A stretch of DNA of 35,826 nucleotides. Origin: Sulfurimonadaceae bacterium. GTDB taxonomy: Bacteria; Campylobacterota; Campylobacteria; Campylobacterales; Sulfurimonadaceae. Under the pieces are notes generated by a model, which saw only the letters and a list, made by a program, of their open reading frames with translations, made no database searches and was not told the origin of the DNA. Within the stretch, counting starts at the first letter, position 1. Every line of letters begins with the position of its first letter. The position numbers were made by a program, and so were the translations under genes. The stretch covers positions 1-35,826 of the forward strand of contig JBFEXS010000009.1 in NCBI GenBank assembly GCA_041562555.1, written 5' to 3'. Shown here piece after piece: positions 1-9,396 of the stretch.

Positions 1-753
1 AGCTCCATTGAAAGCGTAAATACTCTGATCATAATCCCCCACACAAAACAGTGAAGGGGGATTCATCGCATCAACTACAGCGCCCTGAAGTGCATTGGTA
101 TCTTGATATTCATCTACAAGCACTTCTTTGTAAGGCATTTGGAAACTTTGGACTTTTTCACGCATAAGAAGTAACAGGTCATTGAAATTAACAAAACCAT
201 ATTCTCTTTTTAATCGCTCAAACTCTTTACAGATATCTACATAGATATCGATATAGGGCGAATGATCTTCATTCCGTTCTTTCATCCATACATCAAACCC
301 CCGTTCGATTTCTGTATTTTGATAGAGAGAGTAAACATCATATAAATAATTTCCTCCATATGGAGAAGTCTCATGTTCGAATAGATGAAAGGAGCGTTTA
401 TCATACACTGAACGGAACAGTGTCTTCAACTCTGAGGTCTGTTTTAGTACAATTTTTTTATCAAATTTTTTAAGCCAGCGGTAACTGACCGCATGAAAGG
501 TTCCCGCCTCAATCTTATGTGCGATCTCTTTGGAAAAATAGCCGGCGAGACGCTCTACCATCTCTGCTGCAGCCTTATTCGTAAAGGTCAACAAAAGGAT
601 CTCTTCAGGTTTGACACCATTATGCAACAAGTGGCCAATACGTCCGACTATAGTGGATGTTTTTCCTGTTCCAGCAGAAGCAATGATAAGGTTTTGTCCA
701 CTAGGAGCGGTAGCAGCGTCAAGCTGCTCTTTGTTTAGACGAGAAAGGGGCAT
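1..753 (-). CDS. UvrD/Rep/PcrA-family ATP-dependent DNA helicase (5' part; runs off the window edge)
   Basis: Not in the ORF track; read by hand from ATG at 753: MPLSRLNKEQLDAATAPSGQNLIIASAGTGKT (Walker A), LLLTFTNKAAAEM, GTFHA, LVDEYQDTN (Walker B), VGDYDQSIYAF. Confidence 0.93.
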   Translation of the reverse strand, partial: MPLSRLNKEQLDAATAPSGQNLIIASAGTGKTSTIVGRIGHLLHNGVKPEEILLLTFTNKAAAEMVERLAGYFSKEIAHKIEAGTFHAVSYRWLKKFDKKIVLKQTSELKTLFRSVYDKRSFHLFEHETSPYGGNYLYDVYSLYQNTEIERGFDVWMKERNEDHSPYIDIYVDICKEFERLKREYGFVNFNDLLLLMREKVQSFQMPYKEVLVDEYQDTNALQGAVVDAMNPPSLFCVGDYDQSIYAFNGA

Positions 754-840
754 ATTTGGTAGTAATCTTCTTTATATGGAGAAAAACTCTCTAGTTTTTT
801 AACGAGATTCTACCTAGTTTTCACTCATAGAGAACTAAAA

Positions 841-1230
841 CTATACATTTGCAATAAATGTTTTCAGTGTTTCATCTAATCCATATTGAGGATAGTTTTG
901 CATACCTAGAACTTCCTGAGCAACAGTACCGTTTGCCATATTAAAGACGAGTGGTGCTAAAAAGTTAATTTTTGATTCATCCAGAGGGTTTTGAATGATG
1001 ACGATATTACACACTCTTAAGTCGTTTTCACTTTTTATATCGAGCAGTGTTTCAGTCGCACTGGAAACCTCAAATTCATATTCACGCAAACGATATGGAT
1101 TGACCAATGTAAAAGAGATAGCCTCGTCCTCGCACGAACGTAAAGTACAAAACAGATCATCCACTTCACTCAACTCAACTTCTTTCACATTCTCAAATCC
1201 CAAGATATCTGACTTAACTACAAACTTCAT
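841..1230 (-). CDS. fliW: Flagellar assembly factor FliW (CsrA antagonist)
   Basis: 129 aa with ILGFE, FTLVNPY, INFLAPLVFN, AQEVL motifs typical of FliW; AAGG SD upstream. Confidence 0.92.
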   Translation of the reverse strand: MKFVVKSDILGFENVKEVELSEVDDLFCTLRSCEDEAISFTLVNPYRLREYEFEVSSATETLLDIKSENDLRVCNIVIIQNPLDESKINFLAPLVFNMANGTVAQEVLGMQNYPQYGLDETLKTFIANV

Positions 1231-1265
1231 ACTACACCTTTTTCATTACAGTTATTTTTTACAAA

Positions 1266-1281
1266 AGCAATTAATATTCCA
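1266..1281 (-). promoter_or_regulatory. sigma54 (-24/-12) promoter for fliW
   Basis: Minus strand TGGAATATTAATTGCT: GG-N10-GC spacing, 36 nt upstream of the fliW start. Confidence 0.7.
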
Positions 1282-1315
1282 TATCACTATAAGCCATATT
1301 TTACCCCCTTTCAGC

Positions 1316-1321
1316 TATAAT
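1316..1321 (+). promoter_or_regulatory. sigma70 -10 box for valS
   Basis: gcTATAAT preceded by T-rich tracts, about 95 nt upstream of the valS ATG. Confidence 0.55.
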
Positions 1322-1415
1322 CGCGAAAAATTCTAGGGCAAACGGTTTTTCTGCAAATTGTCACTGGAATCAAATTATATGAGCGATTATCCGTTCATAA
1401 ATAAAGAGAGTTTAA

Positions 1416-4052
1416 ATGGCTGAGGCTAACAACAGTTACAATCCAAAAGAAATAGAAGAGCGCTACTATCGAACATGGGAAGATCGCGGTTATTTTGAGA
1501 CAGATGGAAACAAATCCATTCAAAAAGAAGACAAATATTTTTCTATTATGATGCCACCGCCGAATGTAACAGGTCGTTTGCACATCGGCCATGCCTTAAC
1601 CTTTACCCTTCAAGATATTATTGTTCGATATAAACGTATGGATGGGTACAAAACCCTTTGGCAGCCGGGAACAGACCATGCAGGTATCGCGACGCAAAAC
1701 GTTGTTGAGAAACAGCTCCTGTCTGAAGGCACCACAAAAGAAGAACTTGGCCGTGAGAAGTTCTTAGAACGTGCATGGGCATGGAAAGCCGAATCAGCTG
1801 GTATCATGACAGACCAGCTTCGTAAAATGGGAGTATCTCCTGCTTGGAAACGTGAGCGTTTTACTATGGATGATGGTCTGCAGAAGTCTGTTAAAGAAGC
1901 TTTTGTACATCTCTACAACAAGGGCTTGATCGTTAGAGGAAACTATATGGTCAACTGGTGTACCCATGATGGGGCGCTGAGTGACATTGAAGTAGAACAT
2001 GAAGACCATGAAGGTAAGTTTTACCATATCAAATACCCGTTTGCAGATGGCAGCGGACATGTTGAAGTAGCAACCACACGTCCTGAGACTTATTTCGGGG
2101 ATACTGCCGTCATGGTGCATCCTGAAGATAGCCGTTATAAAGACCTTATCGGTAGAAAAATCCGCCTGCCACTACTGGAACGTGAAGTTGCAATTATTGC
2201 CGATGAACATGTTGACATGGAATTTGGAACCGGTGTTGTTAAAGTCACACCTGCCCATGACCAGAACGACTATGAAGTCGGAAAACGTCACGACCTTGAA
2301 TTTATCACTGTCTTTGATGAGAAGGGAATTCTCAATGACTATGCCGGTGAGTTTAAAGGGATAGAACGCCTTGAAGCACGTGAGATCATCGTTAAGCGTC
2401 TAGAAGAAGAAGGATATATCGTCAAGATCGAAGACCATCAACATCAGGTCGGACACTGCTATCGCTGTAAGAACGTAGTCGAACCATACATTTCAAAGCA
2501 ATGGTTTGTAAGAAACGAAGTAGCAAAAAGCTCTATTGAGAAGACCAATAATGGTGAAGCACAGTTCTTCCCTCCACACTGGATAAACTCATATAATGCC
2601 TGGATGGGTGAACTTCGAGACTGGTGTATCTCTCGTCAGCTCTGGTGGGGACATCAGATACCTGTCTTTTATTGTGATGATTGTGAACACGAATTTGCAA
2701 GCCAGGAAGACAACCCGGGTGAATGTCCTAAATGTGCTTCAAAACATATCACTCAAGACCCGGATGTTCTAGACACCTGGTTCTCATCCGCACTTTGGCC
2801 TTTTTCAACCTTAGGCTGGGGAAATGGTGACAGTGAAATGGATAGACTCTTCAAATCAGAAGATATGAAAGAATTCTATCCTAACTCACTTCTGATCACT
2901 GGATTTGACATTCTTTTCTTTTGGGTGGCAAGGATGATGATGATGGGAGAAAGCTTTCAAGGTGAACTTCCGTTTAAGCACATTTATCTTCATGCTCTTG
3001 TACGTGATGAGCACGGACAAAAGATGAGTAAGTCAAGGGGCAATGTCATCGACCCTCTTGATATGGTTAACAAGTATTCTGCCGATATCCTACGTTTTAC
3101 TCTTGCCATCTCTGCTGCACAGGGTCGTGATATCCGTATGAGTCAGGAGAAACTTGAACTCAACCGAAACTTTACCAATAAACTTTACAATGCTTCGAAG
3201 TTTTTACAGATGAATGTCAGTACCTTCCCTGATATGAAAGGGTTCTGTGTAGATACAGAACTTGGTAAATATATGATGTCCCGTCTGAACGTTGCAACAA
3301 AAGAGGTGCGTGAAGCACTCGATGAATACAAATTCAATGATGCTGCGACCGTTATCTACCGCTTTATCTGGAATGAGTTCTGTGACTGGGGAATCGAGCT
3401 CAGCAAAGCCGATAAATCAGCTATCGTCGAACTTGGTGCCATCTTTAAAGAAGCGATGAAACTACTTCATCCTTTCATGCCGTTTGTAACAGAATATCTG
3501 CATCATGAACTCTCTGGGACTACCCTTGAAGAAGGTGAGTCTATCATGATACAAAGTTTCCCTTATAAGACCAAGGTAAATGAGCCGATAGAGAAAAAGT
3601 TCAATGTCATTATGGATGCCATTGTCTCAATCCGCCGTGCCAAGGTCTTGGTTGATCTTGCCAACCAAAGAATTGATAAAGCTTTTGTGAAAATCGATGG
3701 AATCAGTGAAGAGGATCAGGAAATGATGTTGCCATTTATCCTTAAACTTGCTAAAGTTGATACAATAGAATTCACACATGATAAAGTAGATAATGCCGTA
3801 AGCGATATTGCTGATCATTGTGAGACATTCATACCGACAGACTCTATTGACCTGACACCTATTATCAACAAGCTTTCGAAACAAAAAGAGAAACTCGAAA
3901 AAGAGATTGGCAAACTCAACGGCATGCTTAACAATGAAAAGTTTGTTGCGAATGCACCAGAGGATGTTATTACGAAAAACCGCGAAGAATTAGCAGCAGC
4001 ACAAGACAAAGTTGCTAAAGTCAATGAACAGCTTGCTTCATTACAAGCCTAA
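1416..4052 (+). CDS. valS: Valine--tRNA ligase
   Basis: PPPNVTGRLHIGH (HIGH), KMSKS, DWCISRQLWWGH, C-terminal coiled coil ending FVANAP. Confidence 0.99.
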   Translation: MAEANNSYNPKEIEERYYRTWEDRGYFETDGNKSIQKEDKYFSIMMPPPNVTGRLHIGHALTFTLQDIIVRYKRMDGYKTLWQPGTDHAGIATQNVVEKQLLSEGTTKEELGREKFLERAWAWKAESAGIMTDQLRKMGVSPAWKRERFTMDDGLQKSVKEAFVHLYNKGLIVRGNYMVNWCTHDGALSDIEVEHEDHEGKFYHIKYPFADGSGHVEVATTRPETYFGDTAVMVHPEDSRYKDLIGRKIRLPLLEREVAIIADEHVDMEFGTGVVKVTPAHDQNDYEVGKRHDLEFITVFDEKGILNDYAGEFKGIERLEAREIIVKRLEEEGYIVKIEDHQHQVGHCYRCKNVVEPYISKQWFVRNEVAKSSIEKTNNGEAQFFPPHWINSYNAWMGELRDWCISRQLWWGHQIPVFYCDDCEHEFASQEDNPGECPKCASKHITQDPDVLDTWFSSALWPFSTLGWGNGDSEMDRLFKSEDMKEFYPNSLLITGFDILFFWVARMMMMGESFQGELPFKHIYLHALVRDEHGQKMSKSRGNVIDPLDMVNKYSADILRFTLAISAAQGRDIRMSQEKLELNRNFTNKLYNASKFLQMNVSTFPDMKGFCVDTELGKYMMSRLNVATKEVREALDEYKFNDAATVIYRFIWNEFCDWGIELSKADKSAIVELGAIFKEAMKLLHPFMPFVTEYLHHELSGTTLEEGESIMIQSFPYKTKVNEPIEKKFNVIMDAIVSIRRAKVLVDLANQRIDKAFVKIDGISEEDQEMMLPFILKLAKVDTIEFTHDKVDNAVSDIADHCETFIPTDSIDLTPIINKLSKQKEKLEKEIGKLNGMLNNEKFVANAPEDVITKNREELAAAQDKVAKVNEQLASLQA

Positions 4053-4091
4053 ATCGACGATTTAGTACATATAAAACAACAAGGAAAGCGT

Positions 4092-5657
4092 TTGTTTAAT
4101 CTCAAAAATTATGCTTCTGATAATATCAAAAACGACATCTTATCGGGACTTGTCGTTGCTGTTGCCTTAGTCCCAGAAGCTATTGCATTCTCATTTATAG
4201 CCGGTGTAAGCCCTATCGTAGGTCTCTACACTGCCTTTATCCTCGGGCTGATCACTTCTTTGATCGGCGGAAAACCTGGAATGATCTCAGGTGCTACGGG
4301 ATCTGTCGCTATCGTCTTTGTTGGTTTAGCTATTAAGGCAAATGAAGAGTTGACCAACGCAGGTGTTACAGGTTCCGCTGTAGCAGAAGGTATTTTGCAA
4401 TATATCCTTTTTGCGACAATCATTGCCGGATTGATACAGATTGCTGTGGGTCTCTTTAAACTAGGAAAGTTTATCCGTTTGGTTCCTCAGCCGGCGATGT
4501 ACGGATTTGTCAATGGACTGGCTATCGTTATTGCTATGGCACAATTCAAGTTCTTTGAAAGCTCGAATATCAACATGTATATCATCGTCGTGTTAACAAT
4601 GCTGATCATGTACTTCTTGCCTAAGGTCACAAAGGCTATTCCTGGCGGTCTTTTCGCTATTATTGCATTAACCCTCATTGTCTATTTCTTCAAAATAGAC
4701 ACGTTGACTATCGGTACACTTAGCTCTATCCCACAATTTTCGGATATGCCTGATTTGAGTGAATTCAAAGGTCAGCTGCCCGACTTTGCCATTCCAGAAA
4801 TCATTTTCTCCCTGGATGCTTTCTTATTGGTCCTGCCCTATTCTATTCTTGTCGCACTTGTCGGCCTTATCGAATCACTGCTGACACTTTCTGTACTGGA
4901 TGAGATGAGCGGTACGCGTGGAAGTGGAAACAAAGAGTGTATCGCCCAAGGTGTCGGTAATACGACATGTGGTCTATTTGGCGGGATGGCAGGTTGTGTG
5001 ATGATCGGTCAATCTATCATCAACTACACTTCCGGCGGTCTTGGACGCCTTTCATCATTTACCGCAGCAACCGTACTCATTCTACTTGTCGCTGTCATGA
5101 CAGACCTGATTAACATGATCCCTATTGCCGTGCTGGTCGGGATCATGTTTATGGTAAGTGTCGGGACCTTTGAGTGGGGAAGTATCAGTCGTATCAAACA
5201 CATGCCACGTTCTGATGCCACCGTCTTGATCCTCGTCACTGTCATCACTATTATGTTTGATCTTGCAATCGCCGTTATCTCAGGTGTTGTCATTTCTGCG
5301 CTTGTCTTTGCCTGGAACCATGCACGTATCTATGCCCGTGAAAGCATGGAAGCAGATGGTACAAAAGTATACGAACTTGAAGGTCCACTCTTTTTCGCTT
5401 CATGTAACAGTTTTATGGACATCTTTAATCTCGAAAATGATGCGCCAAAAGTCGTTATTGACTTTAAAAACACCCGTGTAATGGACATTTCAGGAGTAGA
5501 AGCTATCGATACACTTATCAAAAAATATGAAGAGAGCGGTCGTAACATTCTTCTGCGTCATCTCAGTAAAGATTGTAAAGCGATTCTAAAAAATGCAGGT
5601 CCCTATTGTTCCTTTGAAGAAGACGATCCGACCTATAAGGTTGCGTATAACTATTAA
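4092..5657 (+). CDS. SulP/SLC26 inorganic anion transporter with STAS domain
   Basis: ALVPEAIAFS, GLYTAF, MISGATG, many TM helices, C-terminal GPLFFAS...MDISG STAS; TTG start after AAGGA. Confidence 0.93.
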   Translation: MFNLKNYASDNIKNDILSGLVVAVALVPEAIAFSFIAGVSPIVGLYTAFILGLITSLIGGKPGMISGATGSVAIVFVGLAIKANEELTNAGVTGSAVAEGILQYILFATIIAGLIQIAVGLFKLGKFIRLVPQPAMYGFVNGLAIVIAMAQFKFFESSNINMYIIVVLTMLIMYFLPKVTKAIPGGLFAIIALTLIVYFFKIDTLTIGTLSSIPQFSDMPDLSEFKGQLPDFAIPEIIFSLDAFLLVLPYSILVALVGLIESLLTLSVLDEMSGTRGSGNKECIAQGVGNTTCGLFGGMAGCVMIGQSIINYTSGGLGRLSSFTAATVLILLVAVMTDLINMIPIAVLVGIMFMVSVGTFEWGSISRIKHMPRSDATVLILVTVITIMFDLAIAVISGVVISALVFAWNHARIYARESMEADGTKVYELEGPLFFASCNSFMDIFNLENDAPKVVIDFKNTRVMDISGVEAIDTLIKKYEESGRNILLRHLSKDCKAILKNAGPYCSFEEDDPTYKVAYNY

Positions 5658-5677
5658 GTCAAAACCATACTTTCTAC

Positions 5678-5703
5678 AGATACGGAGTTTGCACGCCGTA
5701 TCT
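5678..5703 (+). terminator. Stem-loop downstream of SulP
   Basis: AGATACGG...CCGTATCT inverted repeat 20 nt after the stop; weak U tail. Confidence 0.5.
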
Positions 5704-5805
5704 AATATTCATTCCCTACATTTTAAAATGTTTAATTAATTTTTTTTATATCAAAATAAGTCATAATACGTTATTTTCTAATAAAGATATCAAAAAGTAG
5801 GGACA

Positions 5806-7791
5806 ATGTTTGAATTCAAAATCCTCTATATAAGCTCAGACATTGATAAAGCCAAAACCCTAGTCTCAGAGTGTGAACTTTCAGATGAAATCAACTTTGT
5901 ATTTTCAGATAGCGGAATAGAGGCCCTCTCACTTGTCTCCGACTACACAATCAAGCTGATTATCATCCATAAAGAGCTCTCCCATAAAATGAATGGTATT
6001 GAGGTATGTGAGTTGCTAATGAAAAACTCGCAAACAGCCAATATCCCCGTTATTCTGATCAATCAGGGTGATGAAGATATCACCACCTGTAAAAATGTGG
6101 TTAAGCGCCTTGATATAGAACCAAACCCCGAAATGTTGCAAACACTTATCCGTCAACATTATCATATTGGTGAAGAGAAGCATCAGCTACAAATTGAAAA
6201 AAACCTGGTTTTATCTATTGTCAATAAGATTCATGCGCCTATCTTTATCATCGACCATTCCAAGATAAGTTTTGTCAATCAATATTTTTTAGATTTCTTC
6301 CATCTCTCCTCATTGAATGAGCTTCCAACCCAGTACCCTAAAGTTCAGGATCTCTTTTTACATGAACGGGAGGAACAGGACTTTTCCCTTATCGAATGGT
6401 TAAAAGAGCTGCTCTCTTCACAGGAAGAGCAAAAGATCGTGATGCAAAACAATAACGGTGACATCTTACAGTTAAAAATACGTGGAGAGTTGCTTGAGCA
6501 CTCCAATGAGTACCTGATCATTACCCAAGATATTACCTCTGAAGTAGCCCATACTAAAGAGATAGAAGAGCTGTATAATATCGATCCGCTTACCAAACTG
6601 CCAAATCGGCTCAAACTGCTCAAGGACCTTGATACTTATGATGAATTAGCACTGGCTATCTTCGATATTGACGATTTTAAAAACATCAATGATTTTTATG
6701 GCCATATCATAGGTGACTTTATCATCACAGAAGTTGCAAAACGTATCTTGCACTATATTTCCCATGAAAACCTTATCTTATATCGTCTTCCTTCCGATAG
6801 TTTTGCTGTGATCAATATCAATCATATCGAAAAAGAGTATTTTGAAATCATTATTCTTTCTTTAATACAGATCATCTCGAAGACACCTTTTATTTATGTA
6901 GGTGAAGATGAAGAGATAGAGATATTTGCCAATGTGACTGCCGGGATAGTTTTTAATGAGAAAAATTCTGCTCTTGCCCAAGCCGACATTGCTTTGATCG
7001 AAGCAAAGAACACGCACAAAGACTATATGGTTTATCATAATGAGATGCGCCAGGAAATCGTTTATAAAAACAATATGGAATGGGTCCATAAGATCAAACG
7101 CGCTATTACCAATGATAAAATCGTCCCCTATTTTCAACCTATCATTAACAATGAAACTCAAGAAACTGTGAAATATGAGTGCCTGATCCGTCTTATAGAT
7201 GAGCAAGGAGAAGTCATCTCTCCATTTTTCTTCCTCGAGATTGCAAAACGGGCAAAACTGTATGAACCTCTGACTAAGATCATGATAAAAAAATCTTTTC
7301 AGACTTTTATCAGCAGTGACTATGAGTTTTCTATCAACCTCTCCATTGAAGATATCACCGACTATAATCTCTCTGGATATATTAAAAGTATGCTAAGTAT
7401 CTATCCACTTGCGGGCCGAGTCTGTTTTGAGATCTTGGAAACAGAAAAGATCATGGATTATCAGATCATTGCAGACTTTGTCAGTGAAGTCAGAGACTTA
7501 GGATGTAAAGTGAGTATTGATGATTTTGGTTCAGGTTATTCCAACTTCTCGCATCTTCTCAATCTGAACTTTGATTATCTCAAGATCGATGCTTCTTTGA
7601 TCCAGGATATCCATCAGGACAAACATAAACAAATCATTGTAAAAACCATCGTTACCTTTGCAAAGGAACTTGGGATCAAGACCATTGGGGAATACGTAGA
7701 ATCAAAAGAGATCTACGACTTTATCACCAAGATGGGAATCAACTATTCACAGGGATACTATTTTTCCCCTCCGGTTGATACGATCTCGTAA
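5806..7791 (+). CDS. REC-like/PAS/GGDEF/EAL protein, probable c-di-GMP phosphodiesterase
   Basis: DPLTKLPNR and DIDDFKNINDFYGH (GGDEF domain, signature replaced by PSDSF); FQPI, YECLIR, IDDFGSGYSNF, KID, EYVE, QGYYFS (EAL). Confidence 0.9.
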   Translation: MFEFKILYISSDIDKAKTLVSECELSDEINFVFSDSGIEALSLVSDYTIKLIIIHKELSHKMNGIEVCELLMKNSQTANIPVILINQGDEDITTCKNVVKRLDIEPNPEMLQTLIRQHYHIGEEKHQLQIEKNLVLSIVNKIHAPIFIIDHSKISFVNQYFLDFFHLSSLNELPTQYPKVQDLFLHEREEQDFSLIEWLKELLSSQEEQKIVMQNNNGDILQLKIRGELLEHSNEYLIITQDITSEVAHTKEIEELYNIDPLTKLPNRLKLLKDLDTYDELALAIFDIDDFKNINDFYGHIIGDFIITEVAKRILHYISHENLILYRLPSDSFAVININHIEKEYFEIIILSLIQIISKTPFIYVGEDEEIEIFANVTAGIVFNEKNSALAQADIALIEAKNTHKDYMVYHNEMRQEIVYKNNMEWVHKIKRAITNDKIVPYFQPIINNETQETVKYECLIRLIDEQGEVISPFFFLEIAKRAKLYEPLTKIMIKKSFQTFISSDYEFSINLSIEDITDYNLSGYIKSMLSIYPLAGRVCFEILETEKIMDYQIIADFVSEVRDLGCKVSIDDFGSGYSNFSHLLNLNFDYLKIDASLIQDIHQDKHKQIIVKTIVTFAKELGIKTIGEYVESKEIYDFITKMGINYSQGYYFSPPVDTIS

Positions 7792-9332
7792 GATTTACTT
7801 CCTATAAACTGTGGCATACTCATCCCGACACTCGCGTTGATATAAGTAGGATCAGCTACAAGATACGAACGATTTCCAGCATACACATACTCACCTTTTA
7901 GCTTTTGCTCAACCTTGACCGCCGTAGCCATATGATTTGGATACTTTACACCGACTATATCGATTCCCAAAAGTGTTTTAACCATATAAGAAAAGAGTAT
8001 TGCTCTATCCTCACAATCCGAATATGGATAGAAAAGCGTTTCTGATGGGAACATGACCTTTTCCTGGTTAAACTGTTTATTATCCACTTGGTATTTAAAG
8101 GCATTCTGCACAAAGTTCAAAATAAGATCTAATGACTCTTCCTGGCTTTTCCCTTCCAAAAGTGGTTTGAAAGAGGAACGAATACTCTCTTCGAGCAGTA
8201 TCGACTCAGGTGAAGAGAAATAGTTTGCATAACCTACTTGAGGATATGTCTGAAAGAAATTCATCAAGTTGGTATTATAGTTCAGGTTCACAGAGGTGTT
8301 TTTTCTGTCTAACTTAAAGACCAGACGTTTCTGAGTTCGTGCTTGAGCAAAACGAGGTAATTCCATCACTGAAAAATCAATTGCAGCATTTGCCCCTTCA
8401 TACGTGTTGTCATAGGTCATTATGGAGCCCAAGTTACCTTTCGCATAATAATCGATCGCATAATATTTTTTACGATTAAGTGTATAGTAAATCGTGTTAT
8501 ACAGATTTCCTTCAATCGGCAATAAAAGCACTACTTTTTGTGATTGGTAAGCAATATGTGCATCATATCCCATCTTTAACAATACAAACCAGGAAAAGAC
8601 CCTAGCCTCGTTTTCCTCATGATAAATACCCGATGCGATCTTCTTGACCAAAAGATACTTCGCCCAATCGTTCAGTCTTAGCTTTGAAGAGATCTCTTTT
8701 ATCTCTTTGATTGTCGATTCGTATTCACTTTGTGCAAGTGTGTCCCAACTGTTCGCAATATCGTTCTTGTCTATGGCCCCGTCAATAGATATAAGGATAG
8801 AGCGATCATAATGTATTTCCAGGTCTACTCCAAAAAAGTTCAAATAAAGTGTTTTCAGGTTTTGGGACTGAGGAGGGATGACAATCTTAGTATACTGTTT
8901 CGGAGTCTCCTTTTTCTTGACTACAGGAGGAATGATTTTTTCCTTAGGTCTTTTAATTACAACCGGGGGAACCGGTTCTTCGATAGGTTTTTGGATGATA
9001 GCGGGAGGAGGTGTCACTGTTGTAGGTTTTGTGATTACAACCGGTTCCTTTTTTACTTCCACAGGTGTTTCAATAGGCTTGACAATCTTCGGTGCAACCG
9101 GTTTAGGTTTGGGTGGTGCCTTAGGGATAATAACCGGCTTTTTCTCTTCATATGCCTTATATCCCTGAGCCTCTTTAAATGCCTTCCACTCTTTGTTCAA
9201 AAACTCGGAAAAGGCTTTATCCCTTGCTTCCTTATAGGATGAGAATGCCTGTTCCTGAGCACGCAGATACTCTTCATAGGTTTCTGCAAAAAGAGATGAG
9301 ACTAAAAGTGTTGATAAAAAAAATAGACGCAT
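7758..9332 (-). CDS. Secreted protein with Pro-rich linker and C-terminal transglutaminase-like (Cys-His-Asp) domain
   Basis: Signal peptide ending SLFA; YSDCEDRAIL, PNHMATAV, VADPTY; AGGAG SD. Confidence 0.72.
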   Translation of the reverse strand: MRLFFLSTLLVSSLFAETYEEYLRAQEQAFSSYKEARDKAFSEFLNKEWKAFKEAQGYKAYEEKKPVIIPKAPPKPKPVAPKIVKPIETPVEVKKEPVVITKPTTVTPPPAIIQKPIEEPVPPVVIKRPKEKIIPPVVKKKETPKQYTKIVIPPQSQNLKTLYLNFFGVDLEIHYDRSILISIDGAIDKNDIANSWDTLAQSEYESTIKEIKEISSKLRLNDWAKYLLVKKIASGIYHEENEARVFSWFVLLKMGYDAHIAYQSQKVVLLLPIEGNLYNTIYYTLNRKKYYAIDYYAKGNLGSIMTYDNTYEGANAAIDFSVMELPRFAQARTQKRLVFKLDRKNTSVNLNYNTNLMNFFQTYPQVGYANYFSSPESILLEESIRSSFKPLLEGKSQEESLDLILNFVQNAFKYQVDNKQFNQEKVMFPSETLFYPYSDCEDRAILFSYMVKTLLGIDIVGVKYPNHMATAVKVEQKLKGEYVYAGNRSYLVADPTYINASVGMSMPQFIGSKSYEIVSTGGEK

Positions 9333-9396
9333 AAAAACTCCTTATATTGTAGATATATTACATAAAGAGAAATAAAAGAGAGCTAATAGACAGGCT

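Noticed and set aside
493..802. Plus-strand ORFs 493-738 and 611-802
   Set aside because: Antisense shadows of the helicase gene.
1335..1365. AGGGCAAAC...GCAAA resembling a c-di-GMP-I riboswitch
   Set aside because: No GAAA-capped P2 stem, no GACGCAAAGC and no P3; the spacing is too short.
8730..9242. 170-aa and 96-aa plus-strand ORFs
   Set aside because: Antisense to the low-complexity Pro-rich linker, which suppresses stop codons.
5806..9332. LapD/LapG-type system
   Set aside because: The GGDEF-EAL protein lacks TM, HAMP and periplasmic domains, its EAL looks active, the genes are convergent, and no adhesin or T1SS is nearby.
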